Below are positions 45,363-57,644 of a stretch of DNA of 64,000 nt, one piece after another. The notes under the pieces are model-generated. The model made no database searches. It saw nothing but the letters and a program-made list of their open reading frames with translations, and was not told the DNA's origin. Numbering within the stretch: the stretch's first letter is position 1; each line of letters begins with the position of its first letter. Position numbers and translations under genes: made by a program. The stretch is from a virus (taxonomy: Duplodnaviria; Caudoviricetes): the IMG/VR virus record IMGVR_UViG_3300008259_002461, one strand, 5' to 3'.

Positions 45363-46463
45363 ATGCCAAGATTATCCTTATACAAGCCTGAAAAAGGCAA
45401 AGATTACGAGTTTCTAGATAGACAAATTCTAGAAATGTTTACCGTTGGCGGTACTGATATCCTAATACACAAGTATATAGGTACAGATGACGGTACTACT
45501 GTAAAAGATGAAACACAGATTCAAGATGTTATGTTTGGTGAAAACCGTGATAGACGTTATGACCCTGATATTTACACCCATAGAGCAATCTATAACGTAC
45601 AAGATTTAGATTTTAACCTAAGTCAGTTTGGGTTATTTTTAAGTAACGACACACTGTTTATGACTATACATATTCGCAGTAGTGTAAAAACACTAGGGCG
45701 CAAAATTATGTCTGGTGACGTGATTGAATTACCTCATTTAAAAGATGAATATGCTCTTAACGATTATTCAATGGCGCTAAAAAGATTTTATGTTGTTGAA
45801 GAAGTCACAAGAGCAGCCGAAGGTTTTAGTCAAACTTGGTATCCACACTTGTATAGACTAAAACTTAAACAAATTTACGACGGGCAAGAATATAAAGACA
45901 TCCTTGATTTACCTGCAGACGAAGAAGCACCCGGTGGACCTAATCTAAGAGATTTTCTTAGTACATATGAAAGAGAAATGCAGATCAACGATGCTATTCT
46001 TGAAGAAGCTATTAGTGAAACACAACAAAGCGGTTACGACACTAGTCATTTTTTTACACTACAAGCAGATAGCACTGGTAAAACTGAATTAACACAAGTT
46101 CAAAATCCCGAAGGGTTTAGCGAAATGGCTAAGCCTGATCGACCGGGCTATCAAGGTTATCTTATTGGTACACTTGCTCCTAACGGAGAAGTATTTGGAC
46201 ATGGTATTGCATTTCCTAGTACACCGCAAGATGGTGATTATTTTTTAAGAACAGATTTTTTACCTAACAGGTTGTTCAAATATAAAAACAGTCGTTGGAA
46301 TAAGGTGCAGGACCTACGCCGTGCAGATATGATTAGTGCGGACACTGCAAATAATCAGAAGGGTGATTTTATTAACAACAGTTCTACATCAACAGTGGCA
46401 GGAGAAACGTTTGATCAACGACAATCTCTGTCAAAAGCACTTAGACCCAAGGCAGATAATTAA
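45363..46463 (+). CDS. gp14: neck / head-closure protein (gp14-like)
   Basis: FNLSQFGLFL, GDVIELPH, FYVVEEV; neck-module position. Confidence 0.75.
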   Translation: MPRLSLYKPEKGKDYEFLDRQILEMFTVGGTDILIHKYIGTDDGTTVKDETQIQDVMFGENRDRRYDPDIYTHRAIYNVQDLDFNLSQFGLFLSNDTLFMTIHIRSSVKTLGRKIMSGDVIELPHLKDEYALNDYSMALKRFYVVEEVTRAAEGFSQTWYPHLYRLKLKQIYDGQEYKDILDLPADEEAPGGPNLRDFLSTYEREMQINDAILEEAISETQQSGYDTSHFFTLQADSTGKTELTQVQNPEGFSEMAKPDRPGYQGYLIGTLAPNGEVFGHGIAFPSTPQDGDYFLRTDFLPNRLFKYKNSRWNKVQDLRRADMISADTANNQKGDFINNSSTSTVAGETFDQRQSLSKALRPKADN

Positions 46464-48109
46464 TGCAACATTTTTACGATGCTCAGATAAGACGTTATCT
46501 AACACAAATTGTTAGAATGATGAGTAACTTTAGTTATAAAGACGGCAAAGGTCGTTTAGTTCGTATTCCTGTAATGTACGGCGATTTAACTAGACAGGCT
46601 GCAAGTGTTATAAGTCAAAATTCAGAAAATAAAATTCCTAGTGCTCCAAGAATGGCTGTGTATATTACAGGACTAGAGATGGATAGAACTAGGACCGGTG
46701 ATAGTAGTTATGTTAACAAAGTTAATATTAGAGAGCGAGCGTTTGATAACTCAGGTAACGAATATTTAAAAACTGAAGGTAAAAATTACACAGTTGAAAG
46801 GTTAATGCCAACGCCTTATATATTAACTGTCAATGTTGACATATGGTCAACAAATACTGATCAAAAATTACAGATCATGGAACAGATATTAATGCTGTTT
46901 AATCCTAGTTTAGAAATACAGACCACTGACAATTATATTGACTGGACCAGCCTCAGTGTTGTAAATTTAGAAAGTATTACTTTCAGTAGTAGAACTATTC
47001 CCGCAGGTACAGAAAGTGAAATTGATATTGCTACATTAAATTTTACAACTCCTATATGGCTTACACCTCCAGCTAAAGTTAAGAAGCTCGGTGTCATTAC
47101 AAATATTATCACAGCTATATTTGCAGACAATGGTTTAGAAATTAACATGGACGACAGTGTATTTGCTGAAAGCCTTGTTAAGGAAGCAGTTATTGTAGAC
47201 GAGGACGGTGAGTTGACAACTACTACACGCAACGGAACCAGAGAAGGCATGACTTTTGAAACAGGCATTGTAGCATCAAGTCACAGAAACTACGACCTTG
47301 TGTTTTTAAATGGAGTTGCAAAACTTCTAGGAAGAGGTACAATTGGTGCAGAAACTTGGACAGGTTATTTAAAAGCTATTCCTGAAGTATTTGAGTCAGG
47401 CATAACTGAATTAAGATTACAACGTCGAGATAATTACGGTGACATTGTTGGTACTGTAAGTATTAATCCTCTCAATGAACGTGAACTGATAGTTAATCTA
47501 GATCCAGACACACTGCCTACTGATACTACAATTAACGGACCTAATGGTGCAAGAAGTAAAATTGATTATATTATAGATCCGTTGAAGTTTGACCCTAGAG
47601 GAATACTAACAGAAAGTCCAAGAATATTGTTATTAGGCAATGTTGGTCATACTTACAAACAACGTATTGTAACCACTACCAAAACTATGTTAATAGACAC
47701 AGGTGTGCCGTTTGAAGATGTTAGAGGTATTCGAGTATTAGTAAACGGCAACGAAGTGAATACTACAACTGAAACATGGAGTGATTCATCCAATGACTCA
47801 GAAACTTATAAAATTAAATTTCCTGCACTGTTGAACATTGGTGCAATAATTGATTACGAAATATATCTAGACGAAGACGGTCCTGATGCTTGGAAGAATC
47901 TAGATGGATCTGACTTTGCTGCGTTTGCAAATGATATAGTAGAGTGGGACGGTTCTCGTTGGCACATAGTATTTGATGCTTCTGCAACATCAACTGTTAC
48001 TTATACAACCAATTTAAACACAGGTACTCAATATAAATGGCAAGACAAAGAATGGGTGTTGTCATTTGAAGGAGAATATCCAGACGGTACTTGGAGATTA
48101 GCATACTAA
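46463..48109 (+). CDS. gp15: tail terminator / sheath stabiliser (gp15-like) with C-terminal extension
   Basis: HFYDAQIRRY, IPVMYG, PRMA, PTPY, QIMEQILMLFNP. Confidence 0.8.
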   Translation: MQHFYDAQIRRYLTQIVRMMSNFSYKDGKGRLVRIPVMYGDLTRQAASVISQNSENKIPSAPRMAVYITGLEMDRTRTGDSSYVNKVNIRERAFDNSGNEYLKTEGKNYTVERLMPTPYILTVNVDIWSTNTDQKLQIMEQILMLFNPSLEIQTTDNYIDWTSLSVVNLESITFSSRTIPAGTESEIDIATLNFTTPIWLTPPAKVKKLGVITNIITAIFADNGLEINMDDSVFAESLVKEAVIVDEDGELTTTTRNGTREGMTFETGIVASSHRNYDLVFLNGVAKLLGRGTIGAETWTGYLKAIPEVFESGITELRLQRRDNYGDIVGTVSINPLNERELIVNLDPDTLPTDTTINGPNGARSKIDYIIDPLKFDPRGILTESPRILLLGNVGHTYKQRIVTTTKTMLIDTGVPFEDVRGIRVLVNGNEVNTTTETWSDSSNDSETYKIKFPALLNIGAIIDYEIYLDEDGPDAWKNLDGSDFAAFANDIVEWDGSRWHIVFDASATSTVTYTTNLNTGTQYKWQDKEWVLSFEGEYPDGTWRLAY

Positions 48110-48122
48110 GATAATTATTAGT

Positions 48123-48554
48123 ATGAGTGATATAGTTTGTAGTGGTGCATTATTCTATGCACTAAATTCTAAACGTTTTTTGTTCTTACATAGAGCCCGA
48201 GGAAAACAGGGCAATATGTGGGGCCTTGTAGGCGGCACTAACGAAGGTGCAGAAACTCCCTGGGAAGGTCTTAAGCGAGAAATTGTTGAAGAAATTGGTT
48301 CTGTAGAGATTAAGAAAACAATACCTTTAGAAACATTTATTTCTAACGATAATAAATTTAGTTTTCACACATACTTGTGCGTTGTAAAAGAAGATTTTAT
48401 CCCTAAACTAAATGAAGAACATGACGGGTATGCTTGGGTATCATTTTCTCAATGGCCAAAACCTCTGCATCATGGGTTGCGAAACACTCTTCAGAATAAA
48501 ACAAATCTAGCTAAACTACAAACTGTATTTCAAGTCATTGATTTAATTAATTAA
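48123..48554 (+). CDS. Nudix hydrolase
   Basis: Exact Nudix box GTNEGAETPWEGLKREIVEEIG. Confidence 0.93.
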   Translation: MSDIVCSGALFYALNSKRFLFLHRARGKQGNMWGLVGGTNEGAETPWEGLKREIVEEIGSVEIKKTIPLETFISNDNKFSFHTYLCVVKEDFIPKLNEEHDGYAWVSFSQWPKPLHHGLRNTLQNKTNLAKLQTVFQVIDLIN

Positions 48555-48555
48555 T

Positions 48556-48822
48556 ATGCTATCACTTAAAGATTCAGAAAGTTTTCAACGCGAATATTTG
48601 TTGTATAAAGCAGCTATAGAAAATATTGAAGTAGAATCTGCTCGAGAACGGGGTTTTTCTTTATTGGCCAAATTACGTGACTATTGCAATCTAATTGACG
48701 AAGGCCATAACTCGCGTAACAACGGAAATATAGATCCTAGGGCACTGCGAGATAATATTTTAGAACTAGTTGAGATTAGAAAAGAACTAACACAACTAGC
48801 AAAAGATTCTAAAATTAAATAG
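48556..48822 (+). CDS. hypothetical helical protein
   Basis: 88-aa ORF after Nudix. Confidence 0.6.
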   Translation: MLSLKDSESFQREYLLYKAAIENIEVESARERGFSLLAKLRDYCNLIDEGHNSRNNGNIDPRALRDNILELVEIRKELTQLAKDSKIK

Positions 48823-49657
48823 TTGACAATCTCTTAACTGTTATTGCACCAACCATCGGTGTAAAGCTAGGACACTGATACCTATAATTTCCAGAAATTG
48901 TTTCTGGTACTCTCCAATACAATGTACCACTGTCTTTATTTTGAGCAGCACTGCCTGTGGATACAGTTCCGTCTATAGCTACATGAACGAGTCCAGTGTT
49001 ATAAGCTACTCCAGTAGGATCTTGTATTTGAAAAGGCAAACTAGGTATTGCAGCTAAATGAAATGCTATAGTAGCTCCCGCCAAGGCATATATTGTAGGA
49101 TTGTTACCTGAGTAATGACTGTTGAATGTGTATGCTGTAGTACCTACATTATCAACACGCAACGTTGCCATTGCTGGTTCGTAGACTTGATCAATTGTTA
49201 TATTTGCTGTATCTACGTCTGCTAGATTAGCAAACGATGTGGACTCTGCAAAAGAATTACTAATTGTTATATTTCCATCTGCATCTGTTGCTGTTTCAAT
49301 ACCAGCGCCGCCTATAAACTGTACTGTTTCTCCTTGGCTAATAGGTATTTGTGCAGAATCGTCAGCAGCAATACTGAACACATTTGATAAATTTAAATTT
49401 GCATTAAATGTAATTGAATCAGTAACAGGATTTGTAGTTATAGAGATATTATTCCCTGCAATTAAATCTAACACATGTGATGTAGAGTCTGCAATAATAC
49501 TTGGTTGACCATTAGTTGATATAATTCCAAATGCATTATTAGCCTGTGACAGTGTAGAGAAACTTACATTCCATGCAGTGCCGTCATAGACCCAAGTAGA
49601 GTTACCAGATGTGTATACTGCGTTAGTTTGTGGATTGCTTGGAAAATTTAATGCCAT
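48815..49657 (-). CDS. tail-fibre-associated protein
   Basis: MALNFPSNP…TWVYDGTAW N-terminal module; cupredoxin-like C-terminus; start 49657. Confidence 0.7.
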   Translation of the reverse strand: MALNFPSNPQTNAVYTSGNSTWVYDGTAWNVSFSTLSQANNAFGIISTNGQPSIIADSTSHVLDLIAGNNISITTNPVTDSITFNANLNLSNVFSIAADDSAQIPISQGETVQFIGGAGIETATDADGNITISNSFAESTSFANLADVDTANITIDQVYEPAMATLRVDNVGTTAYTFNSHYSGNNPTIYALAGATIAFHLAAIPSLPFQIQDPTGVAYNTGLVHVAIDGTVSTGSAAQNKDSGTLYWRVPETISGNYRYQCPSFTPMVGAITVKRLSTI

Positions 49658-49668
49658 TTGATATCCTA

Positions 49669-50772
49669 TTATGCGTAAGTAGTTAAACTGCCTAGTACAG
49701 TCCAAGCAGAATCAGCTCTAATCAAAGTAAAACTAACTACATCAATTTGATTTGCTGTTCCAGCGGGCACTGTGCCGCCTTGATATTTTATTGTTTGCGT
49801 AACACCGTTAATTTGTATTGTAGAAGGAACTCTTGGAGTAGCTCCTTGAACTAAAATTAATACAGCAGAATTTGTTCTGTTGTTTGTTGTTGGAACATTT
49901 GTAAAATTAGCAGTAAAATTTGCATCTATACTTGTATGATAGAATATAGCACCTGTAGAATAATCATGTTCTACAACTCCGGTCGCGTCTACTTTTGAAT
50001 TAAAAACTTCGCTAGTTTGTTGAATGATTGTTAAACCAGACAACGTAGTATCTGTAAAAGTAGAATCAGTTAAGATGTTACTTATTGATGTGTCAACATA
50101 TGTTTTGACTGCCCCTTCAGTTGGAACCGCTGAATTACTAGCGTCAACTAATCCCGAGTCTATAGAAAATTCATCAATAGCTACTCCTAGGGTAAATCCT
50201 AGAGCTCCTATTTGTGTGAGTGTTATTTCCGCAGTAACACTTAACGTGCCGTCTGGGCTTACTGATAGACCTACACCAGGTTTTACAATTCCAGCTACTT
50301 GACTAGTTGCAATTCCTGGTATTGTTGGCTTATTTGATAAGTCACTGTAATTTCCAGACAACGCCACTACAGATAATGTAGGAAGTGTGACTGGCGGAAC
50401 AGCTGGCTGGATCCATTGCGAACTAGTTCCATCATTAACATATACGTATAGATAACCGTTAGTAGTATTTAACCATAAATTACCGTTGCCGGGGGTGGCG
50501 GGTACTGTTGTGCTTACAGAAATTGATGTTCCGCCGCCACTGCCACCGCCTACACCAGCTGAAGCTGCTTTGGCAGCAAATACACTATTAGATATATTGG
50601 ATAAATCTGTCTTAGCAATTTCAAAGCCACCACGATCTCGCCCACTAAATACTCGCAAGCTGTTAGTAGCACGATTAAAGAAAACTTCGCCGCTAGACCC
50701 CACATTTCGATCTAAAAAATCGTCTGCTCTAGGTATAATACGGATCCTATCTACTACAGGTGTTGTTGACAT
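49669..50772 (-). CDS. tail fibre-like protein
   Basis: Mtd-like N-terminus (GEVFFN…LRVFSG), GNLWLNT repeat, C-terminal NFTANFTNVP…DVVSF domain; TAAATA upstream. Confidence 0.7.
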   Translation of the reverse strand: MSTTPVVDRIRIIPRADDFLDRNVGSSGEVFFNRATNSLRVFSGRDRGGFEIAKTDLSNISNSVFAAKAASAGVGGGSGGGTSISVSTTVPATPGNGNLWLNTTNGYLYVYVNDGTSSQWIQPAVPPVTLPTLSVVALSGNYSDLSNKPTIPGIATSQVAGIVKPGVGLSVSPDGTLSVTAEITLTQIGALGFTLGVAIDEFSIDSGLVDASNSAVPTEGAVKTYVDTSISNILTDSTFTDTTLSGLTIIQQTSEVFNSKVDATGVVEHDYSTGAIFYHTSIDANFTANFTNVPTTNNRTNSAVLILVQGATPRVPSTIQINGVTQTIKYQGGTVPAGTANQIDVVSFTLIRADSAWTVLGSLTTYA

Positions 50773-50844
50773 GTTTAGTCCTCTATGTAGTATTTATTTC
50801 GGACTGAGATCGTTTTTGATAACTATATTGCATTTTACGTATAA

Positions 50845-52470
<1,626 letters not shown>

Positions 52471-53043
52471 TTAGGGTACCCAATTAAAGTTAATAACTAG
52501 TCTATGGTCGTGTGCAATTGGGCTTGTACTAGAGTGATAAGTTAAGCCGTCAAAAATAACTAATCTATCTGCCTTAGGTGATACTGTTTGATCAACAGTA
52601 AATTTTTTATTTTTGCTCCACTCGTAACTTGACACACTTAAACTTTGATCTCGTTTTTCTTTATAAAATATTGTATCACCGTCACTGTCGTTTACATAGT
52701 AAAGAGCTGTCATGTGGCCGTCGTCCCAATCTACATGAGGTTCATGAATAATTGGATATGGAGTTCTTGTAGTAAAGCCTGCTCTGATTCTAATTAATTT
52801 ACTGAGCGACATTTGACTTTCGTACAGTGCCTTAATTAATATCGATTGTGCTAGAGACATTAACGGATTCATAATCTCATTATTATTGTACATCATCAGC
52901 ACCCATGACGGGTCATAAGGTTGTATTCTGTTGTCAAATTGATTATATGCAGTATTTCTTAAATAGAACCAAGGTTGGTCAAGCATTAAATTTTCTAAAT
53001 AGGATGCATTTGCTGGTGAAGTTACGTTGTCTATAACTTTCAT
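52471..53043 (-). CDS. 2OG-Fe(II) oxygenase
   Basis: PHVD…LYYVNDSDGDT…YHSS…R. Confidence 0.85.
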   Translation of the reverse strand: MKVIDNVTSPANASYLENLMLDQPWFYLRNTAYNQFDNRIQPYDPSWVLMMYNNNEIMNPLMSLAQSILIKALYESQMSLSKLIRIRAGFTTRTPYPIIHEPHVDWDDGHMTALYYVNDSDGDTIFYKEKRDQSLSVSSYEWSKNKKFTVDQTVSPKADRLVIFDGLTYHSSTSPIAHDHRLVINFNWVP

Positions 53044-53071
53044 ATCGTGTCCTTTACGTCAAACAAGCTGG

Positions 53072-53081
53072 TAAATATTTA
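53072..53081. promoter_or_regulatory. overlapping bidirectional TAAATA (palindrome TAAATATTTA)
   Basis: Lies between the divergent ORFs starting at 53043 and 53083. Confidence 0.6.
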
Positions 53082-53082
53082 T

Positions 53083-53832
53083 ATGATATTCAATAGCCCC
53101 GAAATAAAAATTAAATTTAAAACTTTTGATCCATTTGTTTTAAAAAATCTAGCACCACTATCTGCTCAAAAAAAATATCCTTCATGGTTTAAAGATACAC
53201 CACCATTTAGCGGCGGTGGCGCCATATCAACAAACTTTGAGCCTATTCTAGCTCCAACTATTCGACGATGTCCAGCAATAAATGATTATTTTTCAACTGG
53301 TGTAACTATACCTAACTGGACCGATTTAGAATTTTTTATTGACGGACCTAAAAAGTCAATGGAATGGCGTTACTCAAATAATTACACTTCTATGGAATTA
53401 GTACAGCCGCACGATTCTAGTCAGTTTCCGCAATTAGCAAACAAGTACCTTCATGCAAAAATTGTAAGTCCGTGGATAGCTGAATGTAATTCTGACATAA
53501 AATGGTTTTTAACTAAGCCTAGTTATTTTTCTGAGTTTGATGATCAGGATGTGTTGTTCTGTGACGGAGTTGTTCAATTTTACAACAACTTTGTAACTAA
53601 TGTAAACTTATTTTTTCCTATTAGAGATCAATCCTATACTGTGAAATTTTCAGCAGGTGAGCCTTTTCAGAAGTATATTCCGCTTACAGAAAAGACGGTA
53701 AATATTACTACTGAATATTGTACCCAAGAGTATTATGACCTCGCAGCACTAAAAGGAAGAAAAATTTCCTACCATCTGGGAAAACTATACAATATTTTTA
53801 AAAGAAATAACCGCAAGGAGAGAGAAAAATGA
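53083..53832 (+). CDS. hypothetical beta-rich protein (DUF6065-like)
   Basis: TIRRCPAI…IPNW…KIVSPW…AGEPF pattern; start MIFNSP. Confidence 0.65.
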   Translation: MIFNSPEIKIKFKTFDPFVLKNLAPLSAQKKYPSWFKDTPPFSGGGAISTNFEPILAPTIRRCPAINDYFSTGVTIPNWTDLEFFIDGPKKSMEWRYSNNYTSMELVQPHDSSQFPQLANKYLHAKIVSPWIAECNSDIKWFLTKPSYFSEFDDQDVLFCDGVVQFYNNFVTNVNLFFPIRDQSYTVKFSAGEPFQKYIPLTEKTVNITTEYCTQEYYDLAALKGRKISYHLGKLYNIFKRNNRKEREK

Positions 53833-54200
53833 GTACCACAAGAATAGTCAACGGCGTAGAATACACAATACCGCCAGGAACAGAACATATATGGACTGTG
53901 CCAGAAGAAGTAGTAGTAACTGCTCCTAGAGATGAAGTAACTGTAATTGATGCAATCAACGGTCTAAGAGTGCAGGCTATAGTTCGAAATCAAAATGAAG
54001 CAAGAATACTTGCGTTAACAGATCAATTAGCTAGTATTTGGCAAAACTTTGTAGACACTACAATTACCAAAGCTGAATTAACAACACAGGTTGGTAATTT
54101 TAGAAACACTGAACTAGAAAATACAGAAGGTGTTGATAATATAACTGTTCAATTTTTTGAAACAGTAATTCTTAAAATGTTAAGCGAAAGCAATCCATGA
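53829..54200 (+). CDS. hypothetical protein
   Basis: AAGGAG RBS; coupled to the halogenase. Confidence 0.65.
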   Translation: MSTTRIVNGVEYTIPPGTEHIWTVPEEVVVTAPRDEVTVIDAINGLRVQAIVRNQNEARILALTDQLASIWQNFVDTTITKAELTTQVGNFRNTELENTEGVDNITVQFFETVILKMLSESNP

Positions 54201-55795
54201 TAAAGCCAGTTAAAAAAATTATAATAGTAGGCGGCGGCAGCGCAGGTTGGATGAGTGCCGCTGCATTAATAAAAGCATATCCTGAAAAAGAGATTGTTGT
54301 AATTGAAAGTCCAAATGTTCCAATCGTAGGCGTAGGAGAAAGCACACTTGGCGGAATTAATGACTATTGTAAATTTTTAGAAATTGACGAAAAAGATTTC
54401 ATGACATTTACTGATGCAAGTTATAAAATGAGCATCAAGTTTACTGACTTTTACGAAAAAGATGCAGGTGGATTTCATTATCCGTTTGGAAGACCATTAA
54501 CACAAGGTACTATTAACGGAATGAATGATTGGCTCGTTAAAAAAGCACTATATCCAGATACTCCAATCGGTGATTATGTAAACTGCTTTTTTCCGGCCGC
54601 TGCTCTATGGGATCATAACAAGTTTGCGTTAAACAACTACGGACTTTTTGATAACTACGAACCAGACAATGATGTAGCATATCATTTTGATGCAACAAAA
54701 TTTGGTGCTTGGCTTAGAGAAAGATATTGCAAGCCTAGAGGTGTAAAACACATACCTACTACTGTAATAGATATTAAAGTAAACGAAAATGGTGTAGAAA
54801 AACTTGTACTTGAGTCAGGCGATGAAATTTCTGCTGATTTATATGTTGACTGTACTGGCTTCAAAAGTATTCTGTTAGCAGGCGCTCTAAAAGAAGAGTT
54901 TGTATCATATAGTAATATGTTGCCAAACAATAAAGCTATAGCAACTCGAATTCCATATAAAGATAAAGAAAAAGAATTAGAACCATTTACTAATAGTACA
55001 GCTATTGGCAATGGATGGGTATGGAATATTCCTAGTTGGGAACGCTTAGGTACAGGATATGTATATAGTGATAAATTTATTACTCCAAAAGATGCTAGAG
55101 AAGAATTTAAACAACATCTAATGAGCGATAAAATGGTAGTGCCTAGAACTAGAGAAGAAGTTGATGCTCTCGAGTTTAACGATATTAGTATGCGTGTTGG
55201 AATTCACAAAAGAACTTTTGTAAAAAATGTTGTTGCTATTGGATTATCTGCAGGATTTATTGAACCACTAGAATCAAATGGCTTGTATACTGTACACGAG
55301 TTTTTATTTAAATTAATTAAAACACTTGAGCGTCCAGCAATTACCCAATGGGATAAAGATGTATACAATGCAGCAACATTTGGTATGTGGAGAAATTTTG
55401 CACAATTTGTTGCAATGCACTACGCATTAAGTATCAGGGACGATACAGAATATTGGAAGGCTAATGCTAATCGAGTTTATTCTCCAGGCATGCCGTCATT
55501 AGAGCCAGAAACTGCTATAGGATTTTATAAACTTCAAGGCGCAAAAATGTTTGAGTACGGTCATGATTCAGACATAGCAGGAATTAATTGGATTAGTGTA
55601 GGAATGAATTATTTTGTTTCTGATAAGACAACTGTAACTCTTAGACAAAATTTAAGAAGAGAAAATTTTAGAATTACTTACGACCCTATTTTTAGAATGT
55701 GGGAAGAAAGAAAAGCTCGCTGGAATGAAAGTGCAAAAAATTACGGAAGTCTTTATCAATATTTAAAAGACAACATTCATAAAGGACAAGAATAA
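54197..55795 (+). CDS. flavin-dependent (tryptophan-type) halogenase 1
   Basis: GGGSAG, GVGEST, ASYK (catalytic Lys), WVWNIP, FIEPLESNG. Confidence 0.93.
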   Translation: MIKPVKKIIIVGGGSAGWMSAAALIKAYPEKEIVVIESPNVPIVGVGESTLGGINDYCKFLEIDEKDFMTFTDASYKMSIKFTDFYEKDAGGFHYPFGRPLTQGTINGMNDWLVKKALYPDTPIGDYVNCFFPAAALWDHNKFALNNYGLFDNYEPDNDVAYHFDATKFGAWLRERYCKPRGVKHIPTTVIDIKVNENGVEKLVLESGDEISADLYVDCTGFKSILLAGALKEEFVSYSNMLPNNKAIATRIPYKDKEKELEPFTNSTAIGNGWVWNIPSWERLGTGYVYSDKFITPKDAREEFKQHLMSDKMVVPRTREEVDALEFNDISMRVGIHKRTFVKNVVAIGLSAGFIEPLESNGLYTVHEFLFKLIKTLERPAITQWDKDVYNAATFGMWRNFAQFVAMHYALSIRDDTEYWKANANRVYSPGMPSLEPETAIGFYKLQGAKMFEYGHDSDIAGINWISVGMNYFVSDKTTVTLRQNLRRENFRITYDPIFRMWEERKARWNESAKNYGSLYQYLKDNIHKGQE

Positions 55796-55796
55796 T

Positions 55797-56429
55797 ATGT
55801 TGGTTAACAATATTTTTGCTGGAAGGCTTGAACCGTCAGCTACTGTAGGCGGGTGCATAGATATTTTTGAAAATGCTTGGCCTGAGCCAGAGTTAACTAT
55901 TGCAAGGATTGAACAAGAGTGTTCAAATATTAATTCAGGTGTTGGTTGGAGTAGAGCAGGAACCGTAGGTCAAGGGCATCGACAACAAGCTCGTACTAAT
56001 TTAGGGTTAGGTATTACCTTAGGCGGCGAATCTGTTGATAGTCAAACTATGAAAGACATACACAATCAAATGTATTTTCTTTTATTAGCATCTACAATTC
56101 CGTATACTGAACGATATGAAATGAATGAATACTTGTATCATGAACCGTACCAAGCATTAAAATATAGAGACGGTGAAGAATATAAAGCACATTACGACGG
56201 TGGAACTCAATCAGGTAGATGTATTAGTGCAGTCGTATATCTCAACGACGAATACGAAGGTGGACACATTGAGTTTCCTAATTTTAAAATTAAGATAAAA
56301 CCTCAAAAAGGTATGTTGATTTTATTTCCATCTAATTTTGCGTATAAACATGTTGCACATCCTGTAACACAAGGAACAAAATATAGTCTAGTTACTTGGA
56401 TTCACGATCGTCCAATTCAAGGAATGTAA
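55797..56429 (+). CDS. 2OG-Fe(II) oxygenase, prolyl-4-hydroxylase-like
   Basis: YKAHYD…YLNDEYEGG…HVAHPV…KYSLVTW. Confidence 0.9.
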   Translation: MLVNNIFAGRLEPSATVGGCIDIFENAWPEPELTIARIEQECSNINSGVGWSRAGTVGQGHRQQARTNLGLGITLGGESVDSQTMKDIHNQMYFLLLASTIPYTERYEMNEYLYHEPYQALKYRDGEEYKAHYDGGTQSGRCISAVVYLNDEYEGGHIEFPNFKIKIKPQKGMLILFPSNFAYKHVAHPVTQGTKYSLVTWIHDRPIQGM

Positions 56430-56431
56430 CA

Positions 56432-57079
56432 ATGACTAATGCGGATCTTTTTCAAAAAAATAAGTATGTGCAAGTTAATAATGTATTGTCGCCCGAGCTG
56501 ATCAATATAGCAACTACCTATGCGTTATTAGATGAAAGAAATGATCTATCATTAGAGGAAGGCGACTCTCCACAAATTCATAATTCGCATAGCAAGTATG
56601 CTGATACGTTAATAGAAGCTTTTTTATTGTATCTGCATCCTATGATGGAAGAAAATACAGGTCTTAAGTTACATCCAACCTATTCGTATTATAGAGTTTA
56701 CAAACCTGGCGCTGATTTAGTAAAACACATCGATCGTCCTAGTTGCGAAATTTCTACTACAGTTACCTTAGGTTTTGATTATAAGGGTGCTGATTACGAA
56801 TGGCCTATATTTGTTGGCGATGCTAGATGTGCTATGCAGCCAGGTGATCTTGTAATTTATAGAGGCTGTGAAGTAGAACATTGGCGCGAAGTATTTGATG
56901 CTCCGACTAATTCGTTTCATGTGCAATTTTTCTGTCATTATGTTGATGCTAACGGACCGTATGCAGATTTTAAGTTTGATAAAAGACCGTTTATTGGATA
57001 TGATAAAGAAGGTAAATTAAACAAAACTGTTTCCAAACATTATTTTCCAAACAAAAAATATTTGACATTTACAGGATAG
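56432..57079 (+). CDS. 2OG-Fe(II) oxygenase (PKHD-type)
   Basis: YSYYRVY…LVKHIDRPSCEIS…EHWRE; start MTNA (56432). Confidence 0.85.
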   Translation: MTNADLFQKNKYVQVNNVLSPELINIATTYALLDERNDLSLEEGDSPQIHNSHSKYADTLIEAFLLYLHPMMEENTGLKLHPTYSYYRVYKPGADLVKHIDRPSCEISTTVTLGFDYKGADYEWPIFVGDARCAMQPGDLVIYRGCEVEHWREVFDAPTNSFHVQFFCHYVDANGPYADFKFDKRPFIGYDKEGKLNKTVSKHYFPNKKYLTFTG

Positions 57080-57080
57080 T

Positions 57081-57644
57081 ATGATAGAAGTATTTGATAA
57101 TATTCTATCCGCCGAAGAGTGTGATCACATAGAGCAGTTTTTAAGAGATCCAAAATTTCCTTGGTTTTTATCTATAGGACACAATCATTGTACAACAGAT
57201 TTTGATAATATTAAAAAAAATTCAAACTCTTGGTCTGGTGAAGCACTGTTACTTACACATGTATTTTATCTTGATAAATTAAAAAATTCTGATAATTATC
57301 TATTGTCAGATTTTATATTAAATAGATTCTTAGATCGTTCTAAAATTCAATTTACAGAACTATTTAGATCTAAAGCAAATCTACAACCAGCATCGCATAA
57401 TGCTAATCAAATATATACAACTCCACACATTGATGGTAATAGTGACCATAAAGTCCTAATATATTATGCCAACAACTGCGACGGAGATACGTTTATTTTT
57501 AATGATCATGCTACAGGATCTATACTAAAACAAGTTACTCCTAAAAAGGGAAGATTTTTATTATTTGATGGAAATCTATATCACGCTGCTGGCTTTCCAA
57601 GCGAATCAAATTTTAGACTTAATGTAAATTTTAATTTAATATGA
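57081..57644 (+). CDS. 2OG-Fe(II) oxygenase
   Basis: PHID…YYANNCDGDT…YHAAG…R. Confidence 0.85.
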   Translation: MIEVFDNILSAEECDHIEQFLRDPKFPWFLSIGHNHCTTDFDNIKKNSNSWSGEALLLTHVFYLDKLKNSDNYLLSDFILNRFLDRSKIQFTELFRSKANLQPASHNANQIYTTPHIDGNSDHKVLIYYANNCDGDTFIFNDHATGSILKQVTPKKGRFLLFDGNLYHAAGFPSESNFRLNVNFNLI

